The notes beneath the pieces are model-generated. The model did not search any database and was not told where the DNA came from. It saw only the letters and a program-made list of their open reading frames with translations. The position numbers and the translations under genes were made by a program. Shown here one piece after another: positions 25,842 through 27,256 of a stretch of 27,256 nt of DNA (positions are counted from its first letter, which is position 1; every line of letters starts with the position of its first letter). The DNA comes from a virus (taxonomy: Duplodnaviria; Caudoviricetes): the IMG/VR virus record IMGVR_UViG_3300044513_001904, positions 1 to 27,256 of that record. One strand, given 5' to 3'.

Positions 25842-27065
25842 ATGCCTCTTACTCCATCTAAAGCAGGTCCTTACTTTACTTCTGGTTCTATCTCCTTTAG
25901 TGAATTAAGACTGAGGTTTAAAGAGACCAGTTCTGGTACAGTTAAGGCGTCTGAACTTCTTAGAGAGACTAATACTGGTGTTACTGATCCTGTAGTTCCT
26001 GATGCTACAGAGAACAGTAACATTGGCACATCTTCTGGTAACTGGAAACCATCTCAGTTTAGAAACTCTATCAAATATTATAATCTTACTCAAAATCCAG
26101 CTGATGTTGATCTAAACTTAAATCTCTCTGATGATAGTGCAAGTGGATGGAATGGTAATCTAGGTAAAACTATTAAGAAGAAACTATTTCTTCAAGGTAC
26201 TTGTGGTTCTACTAATGGTAACCCTGCTGCATCACTTGGTTCTCCTGCTAGTCAGAAAGCAGCATATAACTTAAGAGTTGAAGTTGCTGGTGGTATCTAC
26301 GGTTCTGGTGGTGTTCCTCAAGGTGGTGGTGGAGGAGTTGCTCTCTCTATTAACACTGGTGGTGCTGGATCCGTGGTTGTTTATACTACTGGATCTGCCT
26401 CTGTTTATGGTGGAGGTGGCGGCGGAGGCCGTGGTGGCACTGGCGGAAAGGGTGGAAATGGAACTTACACATATACTACACAACAAACACGCCAAGTAGG
26501 TGGTGCTGGTGGTAGTAGTGGTGGCGCTTATTGGCAATTATGTCAGAATGTTTGTAGAAACTCTTATGGTGGTTCTGCATACTGCAAATCAGATTGCTAC
26601 AGAACTTTTGGGCAAGGTGGTTGTGGATGCACTTGCTACAGTAATGAACAAGCTGGACAAGCAAACTGTTCATGTTGTTTTGCTCAGGTAAATATTCAGA
26701 ACACTGGATATAGCACTGGTGGTGATGGTGGAACTGGTGATTTAGGTGGTTTTGGTAGAGGATACCAACAAGCCCCCACTGGTAACGCTCCTGGCGGTCC
26801 TGGATTGTCTGGTGGTCAGGGTGCTGGTGACGGTGGAGATGGTGGCACCAGTGGTTCTGGTGGAGAATGGGGAACTGATGGCACTGTAGGTGCTACTGGA
26901 AAAAAAGGAGAGGATGGAAACCAAACCCAAGCACCTGATTTTGGTCAACCACAAGGACCACAACTAGGAACCGATAAAGGTTTCTCTGGTGCTTCAGTTG
27001 GTGGATCTGGATTTACAGTTGATCCCACAAGTGTTCTTGGAGCATTCGCAGGGTCATATACATAA
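25842..27065 (+). CDS. gp38-like polyglycine adhesin with Cys-rich insert
   Basis: GSISFSELR N-terminus; LRVEVAGGIYGSGG..GGGGGVALSI..VYGGGGGGGRGG resembles T2/S16 gp38; GGxGG repeats; 10-Cys segment. Directly follows a fibre gene. Confidence 0.65.
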   Translation: MPLTPSKAGPYFTSGSISFSELRLRFKETSSGTVKASELLRETNTGVTDPVVPDATENSNIGTSSGNWKPSQFRNSIKYYNLTQNPADVDLNLNLSDDSASGWNGNLGKTIKKKLFLQGTCGSTNGNPAASLGSPASQKAAYNLRVEVAGGIYGSGGVPQGGGGGVALSINTGGAGSVVVYTTGSASVYGGGGGGGRGGTGGKGGNGTYTYTTQQTRQVGGAGGSSGGAYWQLCQNVCRNSYGGSAYCKSDCYRTFGQGGCGCTCYSNEQAGQANCSCCFAQVNIQNTGYSTGGDGGTGDLGGFGRGYQQAPTGNAPGGPGLSGGQGAGDGGDGGTSGSGGEWGTDGTVGATGKKGEDGNQTQAPDFGQPQGPQLGTDKGFSGASVGGSGFTVDPTSVLGAFAGSYT

Positions 27066-27084
27066 TATACTGACTTGATTTTTT

Positions 27085-27256
27085 ATGGCACTTGAGTTTG
27101 ATCCAAACAATAAAGAACTGGCAGAATTTGTTTGGAAATGCTTTATCAGAGCATACAAGTACGAAGGATGGGCTATCGTTCTTGATCAGAAATATCAGGA
27201 AGAAAGACTTCGCATCTGTCGTGGTTGTCCAGAATATGATGCACAGAAAATTCAAT
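27085..27256 (+). CDS. 5' part of a small Cys-containing protein (DUF6171-like), truncated by the window
   Basis: Read by hand: MALEFDPNNKELAEFVWKCFIRAYKYEGWAIVLDQKYQEERLRICRGCPEYDAQKIQ..., containing an R-x-x-I-C-x-x-C motif. Confidence 0.65.
   Translation, partial: MALEFDPNNKELAEFVWKCFIRAYKYEGWAIVLDQKYQEERLRICRGCPEYDAQKIQ

Overview
This window is part of a T4-like cyanomyovirus genome (Kyanoviridae-type; host most likely a marine picocyanobacterium), almost fully coding. From left to right: (1) a replication/regulation block of phoH, a PD-(D/E)XK exonuclease, gp33, DUF1825, a 2OG-Fe(II) oxygenase and gp32 SSB. (2) A minus-strand late block of gp4, a small acidic ORF, gp2, gp48, gp53 and a small ORF, ending in an intrinsic terminator. 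(3) A plus-strand tail/baseplate block: tail-tube-like protein, gp26, gp51, two paralogous tape-measure-like proteins (the second with lysozyme plus putative Zn-peptidase domains), hub protein, CP12, split gp5 and a three-gene glycine-rich fibre cassette. (4) A sigma70-promoted island of a small ORF, a Phd-like ORF, tRNA-Leu(UAA) and pebS. (5) A late fibre block: a 1721-aa S74-chaperone protein, a fibre, a gp38-like polyglycine adhesin with a 10-Cys insert, and a truncated Cys-containing ORF. The strongest unannotated signal is an apparent programmed -1 ribosomal frameshift (SD-like GGAGGG, then T TTT TTC) fusing gp26 to gp51 just upstream of the tape-measure-like genes, analogous to lambda G/GT. 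All family assignments come from motif recognition and recalled gene order, not database searches.
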